Source of the DNA: Gammaproteobacteria bacterium
Lineage (GTDB): Bacteria > Pseudomonadota > Gammaproteobacteria > Acidiferrobacterales > UBA6901
Direction: 5' to 3'
Length of the DNA: 64,000 nucleotides
NCBI GenBank assembly: GCA_028068195.1
Contig: JAPTTX010000100.1
Span: forward strand, 35,838 to 99,837
Shown: piece by piece, positions 19,294 through 28,317 of the stretch
Position numbering within the stretch: the stretch's first letter is position 1
Layout: the number at the start of each line of letters is the position of its first letter
Made by a program: the position numbers and the translations under genes
Notes under the pieces: model-generated
Database searches by the model: none
The model's input: only the letters and a program-made list of their open reading frames with translations
Told to the model about the DNA's origin: nothing

Positions 19294-20447
19294 TAACCGG
19301 TGCGCGGCTCCCAGATGACCTTCTTCTGCCGCATTACGAACTTGACCACCGCGTGCGCGGATGCAATATTGAGCAGGGCGAAATAATACGCGAAGGTGCT
19401 GATCCTGTTCTGCGTCCGTCGACCTTCGAATATCCTGCCCGTCAACGCCAGAAGCCACAGGGCGGATTGAGCCCAGAAGAACCCCTCGAAAAAGACGCCG
19501 GGAGCGCCTCCCAGGAGGACAGCATTGGATACGAACAGTGCCACCAAGGGGAGGAAAGCGGCGTAACGCAGCGCCTTGTGGGAGAGGAGCTGCCAGGCAT
19601 AGATTCCATGCTTCAAGGGATTGAAGAGCTCGCGGACGTCGAACATCGCCCAGAGGGCACGCAGTGCGACCCTGACCCGCATCGCATACTCATCGGTCCC
19701 GGATCGCAACGCATCCTCCGTCAGGATCGCCGACGGTTCGTAGACAGCCCGATATCCACGGGCCACGACGCTTAGCGGCAGCACGAAGTCCGGCAACTGG
19801 TCCGGACGCATGCGGACGTACAGCGACTTGCGGACCGCATCGATTCCGCCGTCCACGCCCACCACGGATCCGAGCCGGCTTTCCTGCCTGCGGATGAAGT
19901 TTTCGTACCTCATAAATGTCGTACAGCCATCCCCGATCGACGATCCATCCGGATTGCCATAGATCATCTTCCCCGTCACGTATCCCACCGCCGGATCCAG
20001 GAAATTGCGCACCAATTGCCGGATCGAGTCCGGACGATAGATCGAATTGGCATCGGAAAACACAATGATTTCCCCTCTGGCTTGTGGCACCGCCATGTTA
20101 AGCGCGCTGGTTTTTCCGGCGCGAGGGGTCTGCCTGAGCAGCTTCACTGACTGGGATTCGCCCGCGTAGCCCATCACCACCTCATCGGTACCGTCCGAAG
20201 AGCCGTCCGAAACCACGATGATTTCAAGCTTATCCCTGGGGTAATCCTGCGACAGCTTGTTCTCGATGGTGGCCCCGATGTGACGTTGTTCGTTATATGC
20301 CGCTATCACAACGGTGACGTCGGGAACATAGTCACCCATTCGCACCGGTGCCGTGCGAAACCGCGCAAGGACATACGCCAGCGCCGGATATCCGGCGTAG
20401 ACATAGACAACGAGACCCGCTGCAATCCAGAAAATGCTCTCTGCCAT
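19293..20447 (-). CDS. Membrane-embedded family 2 glycosyltransferase (N-terminal TM, GT2 domain, C-terminal TM bundle)
   Basis: I prefer the Met at 20447 (MAESIFWIAAGLVVYVYAGYP...). The 152 codons upstream in the track ORF are Arg/Cys-rich and look noncoding. GT2 motifs are VTVVIAAYNE, VVSDGSSDGT and IVFSDANS, followed by at least 3 hydrophobic segments. Confidence 0.8.
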   Translation of the reverse strand: MAESIFWIAAGLVVYVYAGYPALAYVLARFRTAPVRMGDYVPDVTVVIAAYNEQRHIGATIENKLSQDYPRDKLEIIVVSDGSSDGTDEVVMGYAGESQSVKLLRQTPRAGKTSALNMAVPQARGEIIVFSDANSIYRPDSIRQLVRNFLDPAVGYVTGKMIYGNPDGSSIGDGCTTFMRYENFIRRQESRLGSVVGVDGGIDAVRKSLYVRMRPDQLPDFVLPLSVVARGYRAVYEPSAILTEDALRSGTDEYAMRVRVALRALWAMFDVRELFNPLKHGIYAWQLLSHKALRYAAFLPLVALFVSNAVLLGGAPGVFFEGFFWAQSALWLLALTGRIFEGRRTQNRISTFAYYFALLNIASAHAVVKFVMRQKKVIWEPRTG

Positions 20448-20640
20448 ACTTTCTTCAGCCGTCGAAAACCGCGATCGCTTCCCATCCCGGCCGTGTCTTC
20501 CGGCCGTATCGGTGATCCGCCGGGCCCTTAGCGCCTCTCTATCCGGAAAATGGTCGTGTCGCCTCGATACAGCCGGAACAGCTCCCGGCTGCTGCAGATT
20601 TGCACACGCCCGTGCGCGCCCATCTTCGGGCCGGATGCCG

Positions 20641-21537
20641 TCACTTTGCGACGGATCCCGTTCCGCAATCGACCGCGCCCCGCAACAGGCCGAGCCTCGC
20701 CAGGCCGTCTGAGACCGTGTCGAAACGAAAATCGGACAGCAGCCTGCACAGACGGCCCTCGCACTTGTCGATATTTGTGTAATGCCGGAATCTCGACAGA
20801 CGCCCGGCCGGTATGCGCGGCTGAGCCGGGTCGATTTCCCAGGGATGCAGGTAGAATATGAACGGCCGGTCTTCCCGTCTGTTGATGGCCCCCAGGGCAG
20901 CACGCGACAGCCAGTAAGGCATCAGGCGGAAATAGCCTCCGCCGCCAACTGGCAATCTGTACTTCAGAAGATTTACGGTCGACAGCGGCCATTCCGCGAT
21001 CGACCCCCCATTAGGGGCGGATAGACGGTGCGGGAGCCTCTCGGCATCCGGTATGCCGTAGTTGTCGTGAATCACCGGGAAGATACTCGAATCGTACTCG
21101 AACCCCAGCTCCACCAGCACATCGAGCGCCCAGACCGACTGCCGCACAATCGAGTAGCTCGCTGCCCGGTATCCAATCACCGGCGCTCCCAGAATGTCTT
21201 CCAATAACGCCTTGGCGCGTTCCGTTTCCTTGCGAAACACGTCGGGCGCCTGCTGATAGATCAGCCGATGCGAGTATCCGTGGCACGCGACTTCATGCCC
21301 GCGCGACTGGATCTCCCGCACCAGACCAGGCCGCCTCTCCCCTTCCCATCCCAGGACGAAAAAGGTCGCACGTACGCCGAAGCGTTCGAAAATGTCGAGG
21401 AGCGTGCGCACGTTTGCCGTCACCCGGGATTCCCGACTGTCCCAGCTGGAGCGATCGATGCGGCCGGCGAATGCCTGAACGTGGAAATAATCCTCCACGT
21501 CGACGGACATTGCGTTGCACGGTCCTGAAGAGTTCAT
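20641..21537 (-). CDS. Polysaccharide deacetylase, PEP-CTERM/XrtA-locus subfamily type
   Basis: SVDVEDYFHVQAF...ATFFVLGW...GHEVACHGYSH...GYRAASYS...GGGYFRLMPY...FYLHPWEIDPAQP...RFRHYTN matches my recollection of the XrtA-locus deacetylase family almost motif for motif. The start is ambiguous among Mets at 21555, 21537 and 21510. Confidence 0.85.
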   Translation of the reverse strand: MNSSGPCNAMSVDVEDYFHVQAFAGRIDRSSWDSRESRVTANVRTLLDIFERFGVRATFFVLGWEGERRPGLVREIQSRGHEVACHGYSHRLIYQQAPDVFRKETERAKALLEDILGAPVIGYRAASYSIVRQSVWALDVLVELGFEYDSSIFPVIHDNYGIPDAERLPHRLSAPNGGSIAEWPLSTVNLLKYRLPVGGGGYFRLMPYWLSRAALGAINRREDRPFIFYLHPWEIDPAQPRIPAGRLSRFRHYTNIDKCEGRLCRLLSDFRFDTVSDGLARLGLLRGAVDCGTGSVAK

Positions 21538-21975
21538 GACGCTGGCACGAGCCATCGCATTTTCCCGAAGCCACCTTGTAAATCTGCCGTGTCCGCCCTG
21601 CGCCATTCCACGCTGAACAGCAGGCACGCTACCGCCTGCAAAGCAGCGCTTCGCATTGCAAGCAGGCAACCCACCGCGCCCAAAAAGGGGGCCCGCGGCT
21701 GCCTTGCGCTTTCAGCGCCGCCCTTGGCCGCCTTCCGAGGGCGTCCCGTCACGCCGGACGCAGCGCCATCGCCCTGTTCCGCCACTCCAAGGCCGCAACG
21801 GCGCCGACTTCCGCCGCATCCGGCCTGCCTCTCCATAGACCGGCACGCGGACGGTTCCGGAGCTCAGATCGACACGGACGGAAACTGGTCGGGACTGACG
21901 CACCTGAACCAGCCGCTTCCGTGTGCCGCGCGGACCCGACAGCAATGCTCGTGGCGACCTGGAATTCCACGGGGA

Positions 21976-23331
21976 CTATGGTACGGACAGCCAGGGTACG
22001 CTGGCATAGAATATGGTGAACAGGATGCGGTTGTCGGCGTATGATTCCCCCGGAGCGGTACTGGTCTGCACCGTCCGGCTCACCTCGATGGCTGCCGAAA
22101 CGCGGGGTGAGAGATAGTACTGCACCCGCATGCCTCCCGTGCGGTCACGGTCGGTGCGCAACGGAACGAGCGCGGGAAACCTGTTGCGCACATAGTCCGC
22201 ATACGCGGTCACTGAAAAAGTCGTGCCGCCGAAGTAGCTGCCCTCGACATGCCCCCCCTCCTGCTGCGTGGAGAGGGAAGGGACGGACTCATAGTCCGAA
22301 TCACTGTGAAACGCGCTGACGCCTCCGCCTAGCTCCCCTACACGCACGGCGTAATATCCGTCTATCTGTTTCAGATAAAACGTGCTGCCGTTCGCTACAT
22401 AGGTCATCGGAACCGTCGGCGTCGGGACTGTGCCGAACGAGGGAGCGGCGGCTTGCGCCATGATCTGCGCACCCGGAGTCGAATATTCCGCCTGGTAGTT
22501 CAACCCAGTCTTGGAGTTCGATGTCGGCAAATACCGCCACTCCGCCTCCAGCACCGGCCTGTTGCGGGCGGCACCCAGCACGGGGTTGTAGCGCGTACTG
22601 CCCGCCTCGAGTCTCAGGCGCGAGCTCGGGTCGCGACGCTCGATCCCCGCAGTAACCATTTGCAGCCCGTAGTCGACATTGTTCACTTCGTCGCGAAAAT
22701 GCACTGTCGAGCCGAAATATCCGAACGACAGCCTGGTAGTCGTCGACAGATCATGCAGCCAGTCGACGTAACCCCCATAACTCTGGTTGTCCGTCGGCTG
22801 TCCCTGAGCCACGTAATTGCCGTACCTTGCGCCCAGAACGAAGGTGTCGATTCCCTCCCGTAGAGAAAGACTGGGTCCGGTGCTGAATGCATTGACGCCG
22901 ACGACATTACCGGGAGTTCCCGGGACCGTCAGTGTCGGTTGCAGTTCCCGGTATTGATCGTCTGCAGCCCAGGTGAGACTTCTGTGAAAGAAACCGAGGA
23001 GGCCCGTCGCATCAGCGTAATACAGGGGTCCGTTCGGATAGACGTTGTCCCAGTAATTGTTGTACTGTCCGAACGCTACGATGTTTGTTGACAAGTCCGA
23101 CCCGCTCTGGCGGTATCCAAGACCCAACAGAGGGCTATTTACGGAATCCGGCCGCGGGTCAGAAGAGGAAAGCGTAAGGTTCGAGTCACGCTCGAAGCTG
23201 TATCCGATGCCGTAGCCTGCCTCTGCCGCACGCGCGCTGCGTGTTGCGCCAAATCCGCAAACGGCGGCGCAGCTCACGGCCACCGACCCCCAACAAACCA
23301 ATCTCAGGGCCCGGCGGGACATCCGGGTCAC
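21976..23331 (-). CDS. Outer-membrane beta-barrel protein of EPS export loci (PEP-CTERM-locus-associated OMP type)
   Basis: A signal peptide (...ARAAEA) is followed by alternating hydrophobic, Tyr/Gly/Ser/Asn-rich strand patterning throughout and an aromatic-rich C-terminus (ILFTIFYAS). The start (GTG 23331 or ATG 23322) overlaps the upstream stop. Confidence 0.6.
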   Translation of the reverse strand: MTRMSRRALRLVCWGSVAVSCAAVCGFGATRSARAAEAGYGIGYSFERDSNLTLSSSDPRPDSVNSPLLGLGYRQSGSDLSTNIVAFGQYNNYWDNVYPNGPLYYADATGLLGFFHRSLTWAADDQYRELQPTLTVPGTPGNVVGVNAFSTGPSLSLREGIDTFVLGARYGNYVAQGQPTDNQSYGGYVDWLHDLSTTTRLSFGYFGSTVHFRDEVNNVDYGLQMVTAGIERRDPSSRLRLEAGSTRYNPVLGAARNRPVLEAEWRYLPTSNSKTGLNYQAEYSTPGAQIMAQAAAPSFGTVPTPTVPMTYVANGSTFYLKQIDGYYAVRVGELGGGVSAFHSDSDYESVPSLSTQQEGGHVEGSYFGGTTFSVTAYADYVRNRFPALVPLRTDRDRTGGMRVQYYLSPRVSAAIEVSRTVQTSTAPGESYADNRILFTIFYASVPWLSVP

Positions 23332-24272
23332 GTCGTTTCGCCGTCCGCTGACGCGGACAGCCCGCGCTTTGCACGCCGCAAACCCAGCGCATCTCGTAAC
23401 ATTTGGCGCCAGTCAAGCGGAGGAAGGTCGGGCTTGTTGTTGAAGACGAACCCGAGAAACTTCTTGCGGTCGATCACCTTCACCGCGTTCACTGCCTGCG
23501 CTTCGGTCACCTTGCCGTAGGGCAACACGACCGCCGCAAAATCGCACAATTCCGCAAGAATATGCGCGTCGGCGGATTCCGTCAGAGGTGGCGCATCGAT
23601 GATGATGAATCGATCAGAAAAACGCTCCGCCAGGTCGTGCAGCATAGCCTTCATGCCCGCCGAGCTGAAATGCTCGGCCGGTCCGTCCCCGCCCCTTCCA
23701 AGCGGTATGACCCTCAGGCGCGGGATGCCGACCGGATGGATGATCTTCGACAGGCCGATTTCGGGGTTTTCAAGATAGTCCGCAAGCCCGAGCGGATCCT
23801 GTCCGCGCACAAGGCGGTAAACCCACGGATGGTGCACGCTGCAATCTACCAGCAGTGCGGTCTTGCTGGGATCACGCGCGAACGCCGCCGCCAGGTTGGT
23901 CGCGACATAGCTGCTCCCGCATTCCCTGGACAGACCGCTCACCATGACACAACAGCTGCGTCCGTTGGTGTGCTGGACGATCTTCGTCCGCAGCTCCCGG
24001 AACGCCTTCACGACGCTGTCTTCTTCCCTCAGCCCGTGAATGATGCCCAGATTCGCGAGGCTCTGGATCGTCAACGGGTCTACTTCGTTCATGCGGGCAA
24101 TGTCCCCGCGCGCCTGCTGCAACTCACCGCGATGCGCGACCACCGATATGGGCTGCCCGTCGCTGCCTTGACGGCTCTCCCGCGACAGGGATTCCCCCGG
24201 CACCATGCCTTCCTGAGGCTTGCGCTGCGCCTTTTGCAGCGCCTGCTCGATCTTGCTCCTGATCTTGCTCAT
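23328..24272 (-). CDS. BY-kinase-like P-loop ATPase (MinD/ParA fold) with a degenerate Walker A
   Basis: The ATG at 24272 overlaps the PCP stop (ATGA). The architecture is BY-kinase-like: VMVSGLSRECGSSYVATNLA (Walker A position), LLVDCSVHHP (A') and FIIIDAPPL (B). The Walker A reads G-S-S where G-K-S/T is expected. Confidence 0.7.
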   Translation of the reverse strand: MSKIRSKIEQALQKAQRKPQEGMVPGESLSRESRQGSDGQPISVVAHRGELQQARGDIARMNEVDPLTIQSLANLGIIHGLREEDSVVKAFRELRTKIVQHTNGRSCCVMVSGLSRECGSSYVATNLAAAFARDPSKTALLVDCSVHHPWVYRLVRGQDPLGLADYLENPEIGLSKIIHPVGIPRLRVIPLGRGGDGPAEHFSSAGMKAMLHDLAERFSDRFIIIDAPPLTESADAHILAELCDFAAVVLPYGKVTEAQAVNAVKVIDRKKFLGFVFNNKPDLPPLDWRQMLRDALGLRRAKRGLSASADGETT

Positions 24273-25813
24273 CGGTAGAGCACCAGCAGAAGATGAAGCA
24301 CTCCAGCGAGACCCACCACCACAATCGTAAACGCGATCACCCAGACGTAGCGAATAAGCTCGCGCCGCACCGACACCAGGGCTACCGGAGTCCATGCATG
24401 GGGAACCGTCGCCAGCACCGGTAGCTTGGTCTGCGCCCCGAAAACTTCCGGAACACGCACCCTGGGCCGCAGCTGCAGGCCCGCATATAGCAGACCGAGG
24501 GGCAACGCAATGCCCAGACTGATGCCGCCAAGCATGAACTGGATGAACCGGGGTCCGGTCGGCTCCAGTGGCAGGGTGGCCGGATTCTGGATCCTGAATG
24601 TCGGACCCTCTTTCTTCAGGTTCAAATTCATCGAGATACGGGCCTCCTCGCGGCGGCGTACCAGACTCTGATATATGCCGTGGTAAACGTTGTAATCACG
24701 CGTCAGCTCCGCCAGGGTTGCATCGCTTCCCTGAATCCGCTTGCCCTGGGCCTCCTCTGCCGCGAACTCCTGTTTCGTATCGGCTAAGCGGACCTTAAGC
24801 ATGTCCACCCGGGTCTGGGCCTTGGACAGATTGTCCCGGAGACGGACATACACCGGATTTGCCGTCGCGATCCCGCCGCTTGTCCGCGCACCCTGATTAC
24901 TGCGCGTGGCAGCCTCCCGCTGTTCCGACGCGAGCGCCTCCTTGAGATCCCGGATCTGGTTCCTGATGCTGACGATATCCGGATACTTGTCGTGATAGCT
25001 CAGGCGCAGCGTGGCCAGGCGCTGCTCCAGTTCTGCGATGCGCTGCAGATAAAGCCCTTCGCGCGACATCGTCACCACCGAGCTTGCCTCGCCGGAAAGC
25101 TGCTGCTCGAGCGAACGCTCAGCCGCCTTGGCCTGCTGCAGTTCCTGCGCGGTCTTCTCGATCCGGTCCTGCAGCACCTGAAGGCGGCTGGTCACGTCGC
25201 CTCCTGTTCCCGGGGCCGCGTCGATGTTCGCCGCGCGGAAGGCCTGCAGCCGGCGGTCTGCGTCGCTCAGCTTCTTGTGATAGTACTTGGCCTCGGCATC
25301 GATGAAATCGAATGCCTGCTGGCTCTCCTCGATCTTGGATGCAGCGCTCTCCGTGATGAACAGCTTCGCAAGATCGCGGGTGACCAGGTAGGCACGCTGC
25401 GCGTTTTCGTCGCGGTATTGAATCTGGATCAGATTGTGCCCCACGTCGCTAACCTTGGTTTGGGCACGCAGTCCATCGGCGATACGTTGCTCCGCGAGCG
25501 GGCTCGTCCCATGCCTGAGCAAGCCCACATCCTTCATGACGGCATGGATGGTTTTATGGCTGAATATTAGCTGCTGTGCGATCCTTGCCCGATCGGTAAT
25601 GCTGGTCGGCACCGCAGTGCCCTGCATCAGCGGTTGAATGATGCTTCTGTCCTGGACCAAAATACTCGTCTTTGCGACGTAGTACGCCGGCCACAGGAGT
25701 CCCACCAGGACGACCAGGAGGGCGGTGCCGGCGAACATGCCGACCACGAGCTTGCGATGCAGGAAGGCCTCACGGGCAAGGAGTCGCACAAGCTGTTCGA
25801 GAGACAAGTTCAT
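24269..25813 (-). CDS. Polysaccharide chain-length determinant (PCP/Wzz-like)
   Basis: An N-terminal TM (LVVGMFAGTALLVVLVGLLW) is followed by a long coiled-coil periplasmic region and a C-terminal TM (VWVIAFTIVVVGLAGVLHLLLV). It sits immediately upstream of the kinase-like gene. Confidence 0.8.
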   Translation of the reverse strand: MNLSLEQLVRLLAREAFLHRKLVVGMFAGTALLVVLVGLLWPAYYVAKTSILVQDRSIIQPLMQGTAVPTSITDRARIAQQLIFSHKTIHAVMKDVGLLRHGTSPLAEQRIADGLRAQTKVSDVGHNLIQIQYRDENAQRAYLVTRDLAKLFITESAASKIEESQQAFDFIDAEAKYYHKKLSDADRRLQAFRAANIDAAPGTGGDVTSRLQVLQDRIEKTAQELQQAKAAERSLEQQLSGEASSVVTMSREGLYLQRIAELEQRLATLRLSYHDKYPDIVSIRNQIRDLKEALASEQREAATRSNQGARTSGGIATANPVYVRLRDNLSKAQTRVDMLKVRLADTKQEFAAEEAQGKRIQGSDATLAELTRDYNVYHGIYQSLVRRREEARISMNLNLKKEGPTFRIQNPATLPLEPTGPRFIQFMLGGISLGIALPLGLLYAGLQLRPRVRVPEVFGAQTKLPVLATVPHAWTPVALVSVRRELIRYVWVIAFTIVVVGLAGVLHLLLVLYR

Positions 25814-25862
25814 GTCGGCTTCAACTCAGCTGCAAATACGGCCCCGTCGGCACCGTACCGGC

Positions 25863-26495
25863 CTAGAACAGGCGCTCCGGCACAGTAATCACGTCCCCTG
25901 GCTGGAGCAGCATGTTGCTTTGTAGATCGCCCCTTTTCAGGATGTCACCCAGATCTATGTGGAAGGTCTCGACCTTTTCGCCGTCGCGGCGGTAGAGCTT
26001 CGTTCCGTCGGGCGACGCAAAGCTGTTGGTCCCTCCGGCTTCGAGAACCGCATCAAGCACAGTCATGCCGGGCCGGTACGGAATGGTGATGGGCTTGTTG
26101 ACTGCACCCGTCACACGGATACGTGACAGAAACTCGTTGCTACGCAGTTTGACGACGATAACCGTAACGTTCGGATCGCGAATATAAGCGGAGAGGTCTG
26201 TGCGGATTTCCCTTGCCACGGCCATCGGCGTCTTGCCGCCCGCCTGGACATCGCCCACAAGCGGCACCGTGATCTTGCCGTCGGGTCTTACTGGTTCGCG
26301 CACGGACAAGTCGGGGTTTTTCCAGACATCTATCTGCAGGACGTCGTCGACGCCGATCCTGTAGGTACCCTGGACGGACGTGATCACCGGTCTCTCAAAT
26401 CCTGCCGGACTTGCCGCAACCGACGGCGAATGCGTCGCGCAGGACGCGAGTCCGACCGCGAACACCAGAACCAGCAACCAGCGCATTGCGTTCAT
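25863..26495 (-). CDS. Short OPX-family polysaccharide export lipoprotein (Poly_export + one SLBB domain)
   Basis: Lipoprotein signal (...VGLAS|C). YRIGVDDVLQIDVWKNPDLS...PDGKITVPLVGDVQAGG matches the PES/Poly_export motif. The C-terminal SLBB-like part ends PGDVITVPERLF. The protein is only about 210 aa. The ATG at 26495 has SD AAGAGG. Confidence 0.85.
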   Translation of the reverse strand: MNAMRWLLVLVFAVGLASCATHSPSVAASPAGFERPVITSVQGTYRIGVDDVLQIDVWKNPDLSVREPVRPDGKITVPLVGDVQAGGKTPMAVAREIRTDLSAYIRDPNVTVIVVKLRSNEFLSRIRVTGAVNKPITIPYRPGMTVLDAVLEAGGTNSFASPDGTKLYRRDGEKVETFHIDLGDILKRGDLQSNMLLQPGDVITVPERLF

Positions 26496-27055
26496 CACAG
26501 GCCTCTTATGGCTGAGTGTTCCACTCCGCGACTGCAGCGGCGAGCGGTCTCGCCCTGCCGGGCATGCACATGCCCCACAACCGAGACGGCTTCCGCACGC
26601 AGACAGAAGTAGCGCCGGACGAAGAGACCGGGATCTTCAGAGACATAAGAGGAGCGGGAACGGCAACACCGTATACCATCCCTGCCGCCACGAGCGGCTG
26701 GCAGCGGTGACCGGCAGCAGAAGCGCCGTCGTCGCACGCAGTGGCGTGCTTACCGCCACGATCGCCTCCCCAGGCAACCTTGGAACCACCCCTCTTTCGC
26801 CCTGTATTCGGGTCTCTGTGTCATAGCTTCTTGTTCTTGCCTTTCCAAGGCGAATTTTCCCATTTATTTAAATACATTTTAACAGCGGGGACCGTTCAGG
26901 CGCAACTTGATGCGATCCCGGAAAATTGCTGTTGAAATCCCAACATGTAGGGCGCCCGCAGCCGAATTTCGGTCGTATTACCATGTTGTGGAGCGCACCC
27001 AGGCGTTGCGCTACGCACGGACCCGATATCGGTGAATACCTCGCGCGTGGCCCGA

Positions 27056-28282
27056 TCATTGACCATCCTCTGGTGAGGACCGGGACTCCGGCTGGGACCG
27101 GGATCCGACGGCACCAGGCTTCGGCACCGGGCGATGCACCAGGCCTTTCATGCCGACCCAGACCCTCTTGGCGGCCGCATGCAGCGCCGGATGGCGGCGC
27201 AGAGTCTCCCTGCTTCTATCCACAAATGTGCCGGCTGCATATCGCGCCATCGCAACGGGCGTCCGGTTGTACAGCCGCACACGGAGCAGCGGCTGGGCGG
27301 TTTGCGTCCACTCCTCCTTCCAAGCATCGCGCGCGCCCAGAAGATCGTAGGTCCGATGTGATCCCTTATGGAAGAGCCCACGCAGCACGCTCTTGCGCAA
27401 TACCCGGCCCGGAGAATTCTTTGCGTAGGCAGGATTGTAACCCGTCTTCAGGACATTGAACGTCTCCCGGTACGGGAGACAGTAGTCAAAAGCAATCCTT
27501 GCTCCGTTGAGGCTGAGGAAATAAAGCCGGAAATTGTCGCGCGCACCCATTGCCCGCGCCAGATCCAGATAGAAGCTCGCCGCAGCGGAAGTCCTGTTTA
27601 TTGCAGAACCTGCCGCGCCCTTCCAGCTCGATTCTTCGATCTCGAAGGCTTCGATCACGGCCTGTTCCGCTCCTGCGCCGCCCGCGATTTCGATCAGGTC
27701 GACTGATCCCTCCTTTTGCATCCGCCGCTCGAAATAATCCCAGTTCTTTCTGACTTTGCCGTTCCGCGCGCCCAGGTAATCCTCCCATGTCCCGGCGATT
27801 TCCACATACGGACTTTCCATCTGAATCTCATCACGCATTCCGAACGCAACCTTTCCGCACGCTCGCTTGATGAACGGAATGCTGTCCGAACTGGCGGGCA
27901 GATGGGTCAGCTCCATCAAATCCCAGCCGCCATGCCGCGAGAGATGCCCCAGCATCGCCTCCAAGACATCGCTGCCACCTTCTTTCGGGAGAACAGGGCT
28001 GTACTTGCAGGTATGGGCGTTGGACATCGACCGCAGAACCGACTGCGTCCAGGGACCGATCCGGCGCCGTTCACGTAGAAGCGGCATGATCCCTCGGATG
28101 GCGTCCGCTTCCCGCGCGATGACGACACACAGGGAACCGGCTGGCGCAAAATTCCTGGCCCAGGCATAAAACCACTCGTAACTGAGAAAGATCGAATCGA
28201 AACCCGACGATTCGACCGCCCTGTTCCAGGCTGCCTGCAATGGGGCAAGCTGTTCCAGCTCCCGTATGACTTCGATTTCCAC
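27056..28282 (-). CDS. FemAB-like / BioF2-like acetyltransferase-fold protein, EPS-locus type
   Basis: 408 aa, with W..AV..S..DSIFLSYEWF..W at the N-terminus and YFLSLNGARIAFDYCL...LKTGYNP in the C-terminal GNAT-like half. Its position beside glycosyltransferases matches FemAB-related proteins of PEP-CTERM loci. GTG start. Confidence 0.65.
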   Translation of the reverse strand: MEIEVIRELEQLAPLQAAWNRAVESSGFDSIFLSYEWFYAWARNFAPAGSLCVVIAREADAIRGIMPLLRERRRIGPWTQSVLRSMSNAHTCKYSPVLPKEGGSDVLEAMLGHLSRHGGWDLMELTHLPASSDSIPFIKRACGKVAFGMRDEIQMESPYVEIAGTWEDYLGARNGKVRKNWDYFERRMQKEGSVDLIEIAGGAGAEQAVIEAFEIEESSWKGAAGSAINRTSAAASFYLDLARAMGARDNFRLYFLSLNGARIAFDYCLPYRETFNVLKTGYNPAYAKNSPGRVLRKSVLRGLFHKGSHRTYDLLGARDAWKEEWTQTAQPLLRVRLYNRTPVAMARYAAGTFVDRSRETLRRHPALHAAAKRVWVGMKGLVHRPVPKPGAVGSRSQPESRSSPEDGQ

Positions 28283-28317
28283 GTCCGACCCCGCCCCGCG
28301 CTACGCGGATACCGCGT

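Noticed and set aside
19293-20903. Long N-terminal extensions in several track ORFs: the GT2 (536 aa), tsf (377 aa), accA (375 aa), pyrG, the kinase-like gene, the sugar transferase and fabZ.
   Set aside because: The extensions are Arg/Cys/Pro-rich, precede canonical N-termini that have good SD sequences or stop/start overlaps, and in several cases run into the upstream gene. I chose the shorter starts.
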